Shown here one piece after another: positions 1-8,181 of a DNA stretch of 64,000 nucleotides (position 1 is the stretch's first letter; every line of letters starts with the position of its first letter). The position numbers and the translations under genes are program-made. Origin of the DNA: Clostridia bacterium (GTDB taxonomy: Bacteria > Bacillota > Clostridia > Christensenellales > UBA1242); the NCBI GenBank assembly GCA_900767835.1, contig CAAGAO010000029.1, positions 163 to 64,162 on the forward strand. The letters are read 5' to 3'. The notes beneath the pieces were generated by a model. The model saw nothing but the letters and a program-made list of their open reading frames with translations, was not told the DNA's origin and searched no databases.

Positions 1-568
1 AAATACTTTGCGAAAGCAAATTTGCTCTTGCAAGAAATAAGTACCAAGGTAATCCCCCAAACTTTATATTGAGCATAGCGAAAGTATAAGGTTAAATAAG
101 TTCCAACCAAGATCAAATGTCTACCCACCCACAATTTTAAATTCTGTATATTTTTTCTTAATAATAGTTAATTTGAATAAAAAATAACTATTTAATTACA
201 AAAAAATCTCTCAATTGTTTTTACTGTTGGGGTGGAATTTTACCAGGAATACCGTCTAAAAACTTCAATTAATGATTAAACTAAATAAAATAAATAAAAA
301 GGTCTATAATGAAAAATAGAGCAAATTTTATGCTAAAGTTTGATAGTAAAAATAGCAGATAACTACAAACCATTTATTAGGTCTTTTTATGAAATAAAAC
401 ATAACAACTATAGGAGTGAATCTATATAGAATTTATTCTATTAACTATCATTTTAATAATAAAAAAATCAACAAGTTAGATATAATCCAAAATGTTGATT
501 CCTTCTTTAATCTTCTTTATTTAGTTTATCTTCTATACAATCATCACATATATCTTGTCCAATTTCAC

Positions 569-1354
569 TTAACTTAATTTGTGCATGTTTATCTTTTTTT
601 CAAGCTCGTTTAGTGCAGTAAGATTATCTTTTAAAATTTCTTTTACAGATGCTTCCCCATCGAAATATTTTATTTCAGCTGTCAAAAACTCAGCGTTTGA
701 TTTAGCCAAATCTTCTGCCATTTTATCTTGATTGATTGTTCCTCTCCCAATAATCATATGTTCATCTTTGAGCCCATTGTTATCATGAATATGTGTTGTA
801 ACCAAAAGGTTTGCATATTTTTTCTCAAGCCTTTCGCCAGGAGTCAAAAAGTTTTCATGACCAGAGTCAAAGCAGAATTTTAGATTTTTGCTCTTTAAAT
901 TTTTGAAAATATATTTAACTTGACTTGCTAGATACAAGTTTTCGATGCAAAGATTTATATTGAATTTCTCGCAGACTTTTAGTATGCGACCAATTCTAAC
1001 TATCCCTATTTTGTTTGTTTTGCAAAATTTGTCTCCACAAGTGTGGATAACAAAATTAACATTTACACCAAAGTCTTTAATCTTTTCAATTTGATTTATT
1101 AAATCTCTCTCTACTTCATCACCAAACTCGCCATTCTCCCAAAGATAGTTTAATTTGCTATCATCATATTTGCAGTGGATCATAGAAATTTCAAGCCCAA
1201 GTTTTTTCATAAGTTCTATCTGCTCTGTAAGGGTCATGGTTTCATTCTTTTCATTTGCACCCAACAAAACCCCACCATATCCTGCACTTTTAATTTCTTC
1301 TAATTTAGTTTTTGTATCCAGCTCGCAAAAATACAAATTTATTGCTTTTTTCAT
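569..1354 (-). CDS. Sugar phosphate isomerase/epimerase (xylose-isomerase-like TIM barrel, AP-endonuclease-2 superfamily)
   Basis: 268-aa ORF. Metal-ligand style motifs DSGHENF and HIHDNNG..DEH fit this fold. AGGAGA lies 5 nt upstream of the second ATG (MKKAINLYF), so the start is set at 1354 rather than 1375. Confidence 0.7.
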   Translation of the reverse strand: MKKAINLYFCELDTKTKLEEIKSAGYGGVLLGANEKNETMTLTEQIELMKKLGLEISMIHCKYDDSKLNYLWENGEFGDEVERDLINQIEKIKDFGVNVNFVIHTCGDKFCKTNKIGIVRIGRILKVCEKFNINLCIENLYLASQVKYIFKNLKSKNLKFCFDSGHENFLTPGERLEKKYANLLVTTHIHDNNGLKDEHMIIGRGTINQDKMAEDLAKSNAEFLTAEIKYFDGEASVKEILKDNLTALNELEKKINMHKLS

Positions 1355-1998
1355 AAGTTCTCCTACACTATTCATTTTAAATAAAACACTAAAAATTTCA
1401 AAATAATTTTGTATATTTTTTTAGATTAAATGTGACTAATGATACAAGTAGAAATTTAACATTGACAACTACACATAAAACCAATATAGAGTTTATTATG
1501 GATAACTCAAGAACATTAAAACAAATTGAAGAATACCTAAAAAATTAAAAAAATGAAAAAAAATGAAAACGATAAACAATACTCTTTCGTTGCTCTAAAC
1601 CCAAGCCAAACAAACCCAACTGTTGCAGAAGTAATTTTAGATACTGTTGAACCAACAGATTTTGAAATTGTTTATTATGACCAGCTATCTACACAGAAAA
1701 AATATTCAACCTCACTACAAAAGAATCTTTGACGGATATGTTGCTGATCCAAACGGCAAATTTATGTTTTACCCATAACTATTAGAGTATCTCACTCGTT
1801 AACCAATCTATAGGTTCATTATCAAAAGATTTTAGACATTTGATACAATATCAATGAAAACGGAATCCATGCTTATTGCGTTGTTAATGAAGCAAAAAGA
1901 GAAATTGCGAATTCATTTCTGCAACTTTAGTTTTTCCAAAAGCTATAACACTTGTTATAAACATTCAAATAATCATCTTTTTTATAAACAATTAGTTT

Positions 1999-3099
1999 TT
2001 AATTCCCTAATGAATATTGGTAACCATCTTTTTGAAAATATATATAATAGTTTATAGATTTATCACCAATATTACCTACTACATGAAGAGCTTTTTTATT
2101 CTCAATTCTCTCATAATTAAATAATAAATTATTGGTTTCTCTTTCGGTTATAATATTCATTCTCAAACTTAATGCATTGTCTTCATACTCATATTTAATA
2201 GTATTTTTTTCTACTACTTTACCATCATTGTATAATGAGTAAATAAATTCTTGTTCAATCTCGTTTTCTCCGTCTTCATTTTCAATTTCAAAATTTTGTT
2301 GAACTTCAATGTATGAAGTTTTTTCTGAATTTAGGAAAGCTTTAAAAAACATTTCACTTTCAGACTCTCCTTTCTCTGTTTCAATCTTATGCAACCCTTC
2401 TACAAGATATTTCTCATTTCCTTTTAAAAGGATTCCATCAATTGCATAATTTTGTTCAACTTCGTCTTCTTCTTTCTCTTCGTCTAACAATAGTTTATTA
2501 AACATCATTTTAAAAAATACAACTTCTCCATTCAAATTAGTATAATGGATATTCATAACAAATTGATAATTAATATCGCCCTCTGCGATATTGCTTTCAA
2601 TTTTACTTGTACCAAATAGATTTTCAACAAGAGACATATATCTATCAATTATTTCTGTTTGTGCAGAATCTAATTCCGACTCATTTGTTTGTGCTACACA
2701 TGTTTTAACAGACATTGCATTTGCTATAACTGAACAATTTGTTTCTGTGTAAGGTGATGATAGTAAATCTCCGACTGAAGCTGCACTATAAGCAAAAAAT
2801 GATTCTGCATTAGTAACCTGCGCAAATTTATTATAAATTTGAATTTTATTCTTATTTGCATTTTTATTTAATAAAATTGGTATAAATATTCCAACGATCA
2901 ACAACACAATTAACGCCATTGAATAAACAAACAACTTCGTTTTAAAAGCATTGTCTACTTTTTGTTGTCCATTATGCGCATAAACAAGAGAAGTTTGATT
3001 TTGGTCAAGCCTAATTCTTTGTTTAATGTTTTCTTTTATTTCATTACTTGGCAATATTTCATGACTCTGTTGTGATAAAAGTTTTTTTATGTTTTTCAT
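1999..3099 (-). CDS. Anti-sigma factor, single-pass membrane protein with a ~290-aa extracytoplasmic domain
   Basis: ATGA stop/start overlap with the upstream ECF sigma gene. One TM segment (LFVYSMALIVLLIVGIFIPILL) follows a short cytoplasmic N-terminus. The external domain is paralogous to lipoprotein 3844..4755. Confidence 0.6.
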   Translation of the reverse strand: MKNIKKLLSQQSHEILPSNEIKENIKQRIRLDQNQTSLVYAHNGQQKVDNAFKTKLFVYSMALIVLLIVGIFIPILLNKNANKNKIQIYNKFAQVTNAESFFAYSAASVGDLLSSPYTETNCSVIANAMSVKTCVAQTNESELDSAQTEIIDRYMSLVENLFGTSKIESNIAEGDINYQFVMNIHYTNLNGEVVFFKMMFNKLLLDEEKEEDEVEQNYAIDGILLKGNEKYLVEGLHKIETEKGESESEMFFKAFLNSEKTSYIEVQQNFEIENEDGENEIEQEFIYSLYNDGKVVEKNTIKYEYEDNALSLRMNIITERETNNLLFNYERIENKKALHVVGNIGDKSINYYIYFQKDGYQYSLGN

Positions 3100-3635
3100 T
3101 TGATGCCCTCCTTTTCTAAATATTGTTTTAATTTTTTTAAAGCTTCATTGTTTTTCCAAGTAATAGTACCTATCGGCATATCAAGCATCATTGAAACTTC
3201 TCTCCGCTTATATCTTGAAACATGACAAAGCATTATAATTTTGTATTCATCTTCTGATAAAATCTTTGTTGCTATATCAAAAATGTATGGCAGTTCATTT
3301 TCACTAGAATCAAAATTATGTGTTTCCAAATCAAAATCAACACCGATTTCATGACGATATTTTTTTAAATGATTCATAGCTAACGATTTTCCTATTGTGC
3401 ATATCCACCCGACAAAGTTGGTATTTTCTTTATATTGAGATAAGCAGGACAATGCTCGTATAAAAGTGTCTTGTAAAATATCTTCAGCATATATTTTATC
3501 TCTCACAATTTTTAATATTGAAAAATAGACAATGCGATTTGTATAATCATAAACAAAGTCAAACGCTTTTAAATCTCCTTTTTTTAATTTTTCTATTTTT
3601 CTTTCAAGTTTTTTGTAGTCCATATTCCTTTCCAT
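3096..3635 (-). CDS. ECF-type (sigma-70 family) RNA polymerase sigma factor
   Basis: 179 aa. Region 2 reads DILQDTFIRAL...FVGWICTIGKSLAMNHLKK and region 4 HTH reads REVSMMLDMPIGTITWKNNEALKKLK. Translationally coupled to the downstream membrane protein. Confidence 0.8.
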   Translation of the reverse strand: MERNMDYKKLERKIEKLKKGDLKAFDFVYDYTNRIVYFSILKIVRDKIYAEDILQDTFIRALSCLSQYKENTNFVGWICTIGKSLAMNHLKKYRHEIGVDFDLETHNFDSSENELPYIFDIATKILSEDEYKIIMLCHVSRYKRREVSMMLDMPIGTITWKNNEALKKLKQYLEKEGIK

Positions 3636-3843
3636 TTATTATAACAATATTAACACATAAAATTGTTGATAAAATTTTAAATATTTTGATGTTAATATTG
3701 TATCATATCATAAAAAAACAATCAAACGACTTAGATTTTAAAAAATTATTATAAAATTACCAACAAATTGGATAAATTGAATTGTTATATTAATGACAAG
3801 AAAATACAAGAAATCTTGTTAAATAAATTAAAGGAGAAAAAAT

Positions 3844-4755
3844 ATGCAAAAAACAAAAAAATCAAAGTTCATAGCAATAATTGCAGCAATAACATTGTGT
3901 TTACCACTCGCACTGTTATTGACGGCATGTGGAGGAACAAAAAAACAAGTAAATTCAAAGGAAATGTATGCACTATCAGCTATATCAAGTGCAATTTATC
4001 TACAACAGGAGCAAGAACAAATTAGTGCTGTAAAAAGTATGAAAGCAGTAACCCTTGCACAAACACTAGCAGACAAGCCAGCAAATATTACTGATGAAGA
4101 CCTAGCTGGGACAGAAAGTTGCCTAACTATGTTTGGCGATATTATAAAAAATAATGGGTTTACTCAAGTAGTTGAAAAAAACACAAATCTTTCAGAAGGA
4201 CTAAAAAATTATAACTTTGTTATGACAATTTCCATTCCACACTTATCAAATACAAACACCTATAAACTTTATTATGATGAAATTGATACAGAAACTCAAA
4301 TCGAAATTGAAGATGAGGAACCCGAAACTGAAATTTCGACTACATTAGAAGGCGTTTTAATTGCTAATGAAACCCATTTCAAAGTTGAAGGCAAAAAAAC
4401 AATTGAAACCGAAGGCAATAATACAGAGTATTCAATTGAGTTCAAAACTTACTTTGATGAAAACAATTATGTTGTTGTTGAACAAAGTTCAGAAAATAAT
4501 GAACTTGAATATGAATACGAAATCTACAAAAACGGAGTAAAAGTTCAAAAAATTGAAATTGAATTTGAAAAAGAAAACGATAAAACTGAACTTGAATTTG
4601 AGCTTGTAAACATAAATTCTGGTATTAAAGAAAAAACTACTTACAAAATTAAGTCAGCAGATAATGAACTTTTTGAAATTTCTTTAAATAAAAACGGCGA
4701 AATACAAACGTTCCAAGCAAAAATTGTTGAAGGAAAAATAAATTTCATATTCTAA
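3844..4755 (+). CDS. Lipoprotein, paralogue of the anti-sigma extracytoplasmic domain
   Basis: AAAGGAGAAAAAAT-ATG ribosome-binding site. Signal peptide with lipobox LLLTAC|G. Blocks NYNFVMTI / LEGVLIANETHFKVEGKKTIETEG / ELEYEYEIYKNG align with NYQFVMNI / IDGILLKGNEKYLVEGLHKIETEKG / EQEFIYSLYNDG of ORF 1999..3099. Confidence 0.75.
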   Translation: MQKTKKSKFIAIIAAITLCLPLALLLTACGGTKKQVNSKEMYALSAISSAIYLQQEQEQISAVKSMKAVTLAQTLADKPANITDEDLAGTESCLTMFGDIIKNNGFTQVVEKNTNLSEGLKNYNFVMTISIPHLSNTNTYKLYYDEIDTETQIEIEDEEPETEISTTLEGVLIANETHFKVEGKKTIETEGNNTEYSIEFKTYFDENNYVVVEQSSENNELEYEYEIYKNGVKVQKIEIEFEKENDKTELEFELVNINSGIKEKTTYKIKSADNELFEISLNKNGEIQTFQAKIVEGKINFIF

Positions 4756-4798
4756 AACTAATACATTTTTAATAAAATTTTATAATTTTTATTATAAC

Positions 4799-4830
4799 AA
4801 AAGTCGAGATGAACTCTCGACTTTTATTAT
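4799..4830 (+). terminator. Rho-independent terminator of the lipoprotein gene
   Basis: Perfect 9-bp stem AAGTCGAGA/TCTCGACTT with a 5-nt loop, followed by TTTTATT. Confidence 0.7.
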
Positions 4831-5087
4831 TTAAAAAACAAGTCAATCTACATATTGTGCATTCTCTAGTTTTTATTTTCTCTTTTTATCATTATTTTCC
4901 AAGCATGACTTGTCCCCTTAATTATTTTAAAACTCTCCTTTCTTTATTTTTCTGTATGATTATTTTTTTTGCATAAATAGCATAGGGTTCAGAGCCTTAT
5001 TAAAAAGGTTAATTGTTTTGGTAAGATTTGAAATGCCTAAGATTACCGACTTAAAAACTTAATAAATTAGCCTATTTTTATAGATAT

Positions 5088-5124
5088 GCTACTGTGGCTC
5101 AGCGGTAGAGCACTGCCTTGGTAA
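5088..5124 (+). other. Orphan 5' half of a tRNA-Thr(GGU) (acceptor through anticodon loop)
   Basis: GCTACTG-TG-GCTC-AGCGGTA-GAGC-A-CTGCC-TTGGTAA, then non-tRNA sequence. Its acceptor and anticodon-stem strands are perfectly complementary to the 3' half at 5225..5262. Confidence 0.7.
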
Positions 5125-5187
5125 AACAAAAACAGCACTTTTTCACTACTCAAAATCACCGCAAAAATCGTTCAAAAACAGCACTAT

Positions 5188-5262
5188 GCTGGTGTGGCTC
5201 AGCGGTAGAGCACCACCTTGGTAAGGCAGGGGTCACGGGTCCGATTCCCGTCAGTAGCTCCA
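5188..5262 (+). tRNA. tRNA-Thr (anticodon GGU), 75 nt with encoded CCA; chimeric stems
   Basis: Manual cloverleaf with anticodon loop TTGGTAA. The acceptor has one G.G mismatch and one G.U pair. The anticodon stem CCACC/GGCAG has 2 mismatches. The T-loop is TCCGATT, i.e. C at position 55. Confidence 0.65.
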
Positions 5263-5268
5263 CTTATT

Positions 5269-5317
5269 AAAAATCGCTAAAATCCTTTATTTCCCTAGGG
5301 TTTTGGCGATTTTTTAT
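5269..5317 (+). terminator. Hairpin/terminator after the tRNA
   Basis: AAAATCGCTAAAATCC...GGTTTTGGCGATTTT followed by a T-run. Analogous hairpins follow the tRNA fragments at 19202 and 25924. Confidence 0.55.
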
Positions 5318-5355
5318 TCTTATTTTTTAACGAAATTTTTAAAGCGAAAAAACAT

Positions 5356-5490
5356 TTGCTGTCAATTTTTGGTGCAATTGCTGTCAATATTTGCTCCATA
5401 AAAAAGACCGATAGTCAAAAAATCAACTATCGGTCTAATTCTTTCGTAAACTCTCTAAAACTGGTACATTTGCTGTCAATTGCTGTCAAA
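5356..5490 (+). repeat. Four direct copies of TTGCTGTCAA(T/A) (candidate integrase arm-type sites)
   Basis: Copies at 5356-5366, 5378-5388, 5470-5480 and 5480-5490. They lie between the tRNA and the integrase 3' end. Confidence 0.55.
5400..5435 (-). terminator. Terminator of the integrase gene
   Basis: GACCGATAGT...ACTATCGGTC 10-bp stem followed by a T-run on the minus strand. Confidence 0.55.
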
Positions 5491-5494
5491 TTAT

Positions 5495-6862
5495 TTACAT
5501 CTCAAAATCTTTTTCTTTTCTTCTGCGTTTGCGTTCTTGCAATTTTTCAAGTTCATGAATTTGGCGTTCTATTTCTTCATCAGATAAATCATCATCAATT
5601 TCTTGTTCAACTTCTCGCTCTTGTTCGTGCTCTTGAATTTTTGTGTTTAATCTATCAGTCGCTTCTCTTACATATTCGCTATTGACTGAGTTGTAAACAG
5701 TGATTGTGGTTTTCACATCACGGTGTCCTAAAAGTTGTTGAATTACTTTTGGATTTTCATTCATTTCAAAAAGCATATTTGAAAATGTATGGCGAAGCCC
5801 GTGAAAGTGAATGTGATATTTACTTAAACCATTTCTTCGTTTAAACCTATCAAATATAACTCTTGTGCCATAATAAGTCCTATAACTTCCATTATCATTA
5901 GCAAACACAAAAGATGTTGGTGCGGTTAAAATTGCTGTTACATTTGGATTAGTTTCTTGCCTTTTACTTTGCTTTTCTTTCCATTGTTTTAAGGTCTCTA
6001 GGACAATATCCGTAACAGGTATGTCTCTAACACTGCAAGCAGTTTTCGTGTCACCAATAACCGTTGTGCGGTCTTTAACATTGCCTTGTTCATCAAACTT
6101 TAAAGTTTGTGTAATTGCTCGTTCTATTTTTATTGTTTTATTTGCAAAGTCAATGTTTTTCCATTTAAGCGCCAAAGCTTCACCAATACGAAGCCCAGCA
6201 AACATAAGAGTAATACAAAGCGGTTTAATAAAATTCGCTTCATCTTTATTCAAAGCATCTATAAATTTATCTCTTATTTCAGGTGGCAAGGCTTTGTATC
6301 TTTCATCACCATCTTCTTCATAAACATTTCTTTTACCTTTAACTTTTACTTTCAAAGTTGGATTAATATATATCCATTTATTTTCAATGGAATACTCAAA
6401 AAATTGATTTAATAAATGTTTACACTTCTTTATGGTGTCAACACTGTAACCTTGGTCTAAAAGAATATTTACGAATTTTTGAATTGTATAATTATCAATC
6501 TCATAGACTTTCATTTTGCCGATATGTGGAACAATATGCAACTTGAAGTTTCTAATATTACCTTCAAATGTTCGTGGACTTACAGTGCTTTTTTTGAATG
6601 TCATAAGATATTCAAACATCAATTTTTCAAGGTCGCTATTTTCTACAAGTTCGTAAGAATTACTTTTAACTCTGCCACTTATTTCAGATAATTTTTTAGC
6701 AACTTCGGCTTGTGTTTTTCCATAAATCGTTTTCCTAATAATCTTGCCGTTTTCATCATAGCCCATTGTTAAGGCTCCGCCCCAACGACCATCGCTTCTT
6801 TGGAATATTGAGCCTTCGTTGTTGGCTCTGCGAGTTTTACTTACAACTTTCTTTCTAGCCAT
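5495..6862 (-). CDS. int: Tyrosine site-specific recombinase (phage-type integrase)
   Basis: 455 aa. Catalytic signature AGLRIGEALAL (Arg), HGLRHTF, LLGHRDVKTT and VY (Tyr). SAM-like N-terminal domain. Adjacent to a tRNA gene. Confidence 0.9.
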   Translation of the reverse strand: MARKKVVSKTRRANNEGSIFQRSDGRWGGALTMGYDENGKIIRKTIYGKTQAEVAKKLSEISGRVKSNSYELVENSDLEKLMFEYLMTFKKSTVSPRTFEGNIRNFKLHIVPHIGKMKVYEIDNYTIQKFVNILLDQGYSVDTIKKCKHLLNQFFEYSIENKWIYINPTLKVKVKGKRNVYEEDGDERYKALPPEIRDKFIDALNKDEANFIKPLCITLMFAGLRIGEALALKWKNIDFANKTIKIERAITQTLKFDEQGNVKDRTTVIGDTKTACSVRDIPVTDIVLETLKQWKEKQSKRQETNPNVTAILTAPTSFVFANDNGSYRTYYGTRVIFDRFKRRNGLSKYHIHFHGLRHTFSNMLFEMNENPKVIQQLLGHRDVKTTITVYNSVNSEYVREATDRLNTKIQEHEQEREVEQEIDDDLSDEEIERQIHELEKLQERKRRRKEKDFEM

Positions 6863-6863
6863 T

Positions 6864-7118
6864 TTACACCTCGCTTTGGTTGTTGTTTAGTGTTAGCCAA
6901 GTTACAAAATTAAGCACACTCACAACTTGTCGTTTGCCAACTTTGGTTGTTGGAAAACTTTTGCTTCTAAGCAGGTTTCTAACATTATCTCTGCCAAGTC
7001 CAGTGATTTTTATTAAGTCTTCGCAATCCAAAAAATCCTTATTATATTTAGTTGAAATTCGGTCAACTTCCGCTTGTATTAAGTTGTTTAAATTTAGATT
7101 CGTATTGTTTAAATTCAT
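6864..7118 (-). CDS. xis: Excisionase / MerR-type HTH DNA-binding protein
   Basis: 84 aa, 1 nt upstream of int. The segment LIKITGLGRDNVRNLLRSKSFPTTKVGKRQVV resembles the HTH_17/excisionase fold. Confidence 0.6.
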   Translation of the reverse strand: MNLNNTNLNLNNLIQAEVDRISTKYNKDFLDCEDLIKITGLGRDNVRNLLRSKSFPTTKVGKRQVVSVLNFVTWLTLNNNQSEV

Positions 7119-8181
7119 AGTTTAATGTTCCTTTTATTTGTAAGATTTTTTTCTTTCTACAATCTCTTTCTAAATCTAAATTTACTAAAATCTATCTGCG
7201 TCGAGCAAAATAGAAGTGGTAGGTTACTACCATAAAAATAAAGTGGGTTTCACACTTGTAATTTGTTAAGGGAGATGACTCAAAAATGATGCTTTTTTAT
7301 TTTTAAGCTGAATCGTAAAAATACCAGTATTTTAAAGGCTTTCAAGCACTTAAAAAGTCATTTTGAGCCAATCTCTTATCCTGCTCGTTAAAATAAACGC
7401 CATTCTTCCTCGAAATTTCAATGCATAATTACATTTTTCATCACTTTTCATAATCCTTCATAATTTTAAAAATATTTTTATTCCTATTAGAACTTGCATA
7501 AGTGTTGACTTTGAAATAAGTGTTAAAGTTGTTTAATTAGTCCATATTTGCTCGAACCTCCTTTTGATGATAATTTATCTGTCTATACTATTTTCTTGTC
7601 ATAATGGCTTGATTTTGGCTTCGTACCTCCTTTTATAAATTTCTCACAGCAAAAAAAGAAACCACAAAATTGATTTCTTAATTGTTCGTCTTTCTAAAAC
7701 GGCTGGAATGAAGTTTTGCAATTACTCTATTAACCACACCAGCGCTCAAAATATCTTTTCTTTATTAAATTTTCATTTCTTATCTAACAAGTAAAGAATA
7801 ATTAAAAATTATATTTATAAATAATATAGGAGTGGGAAGTGGGTGGCACTTTTCCTTGTTAGAGATGTTTGTTTGAACAATCCGCTTGTCAACAACACCA
7901 GCATATTTTTACTTTGTAAGAGAACTATAATGCCATTCAAAAAATCCCCCTCTATAATGTTAACCACTCGTTTTCTAAAATCGTTGCCCATTTTTGCCAC
8001 TTTTTGAAAACTTTCTTTAAAATTTTTTTTAATCCCTTCACTTTATTAACTACATATTATTCCAAATCGTCAGGGTTTTTTTCAAAAATTTCATTAAAAA
8101 AGGTAAAATTTTTTATTAAAATTCATTATTATTTATTGGTACGACAAAAAAACACCCAATCAATTAAGATTGAATGTTTGC

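Noticed and set aside
1-260. Possible structured RNA at the left edge (GNRA-capped hairpin TTTGC-GAAA-GCAAA, AGC-GAAA-GT, GGGTGGGTAG on the reverse strand)
   Set aside because: I could not fit it to any riboswitch, T-box, RNase P, tmRNA or group II domain V consensus by eye. It is cut by the window edge, so it needs an Rfam scan rather than a call.
1155-1406. Many antisense or overlapping ORFs in the supplied track (e.g. 1155..1406, 5356..5685, 6021..6412, 9240..9595, 12332..12874, 17472..18020, 32089..32622, 35011..35290, 55491..55946, 59095..59472)
   Set aside because: They lie inside, and opposite to or out of frame with, long motif-bearing genes. They have F/L/S/I-rich low-complexity translations typical of the antisense strand of AT-rich genes, and they lack ribosome-binding sites.
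1553-1778. Small ORF (59 codons, MKKNENDKQYSF...) followed by an out-of-frame segment ...PHYKRIFDGYVADPNGKFMFYP*
   Set aside because: It has no ribosome-binding site and is below any size where composition is informative. The apparent frameshift partner is only 33 codons long. It may be a gene remnant, but this cannot be supported.
5125-5224. Intron hypothesis: 5088-5124 + 5225-5262 would form a perfect tRNA-Thr if the intervening 100 nt were spliced out of the anticodon loop
   Set aside because: The insert is far too short for a group I intron. More than a third of it is simply a second tRNA 5' half. A recombination scar explains it better.
7815-8000. 61-aa ORF on the minus strand in the gene-poor region
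   Set aside because: It has no ribosome-binding site and no recognisable motif, so it cannot be distinguished from chance.
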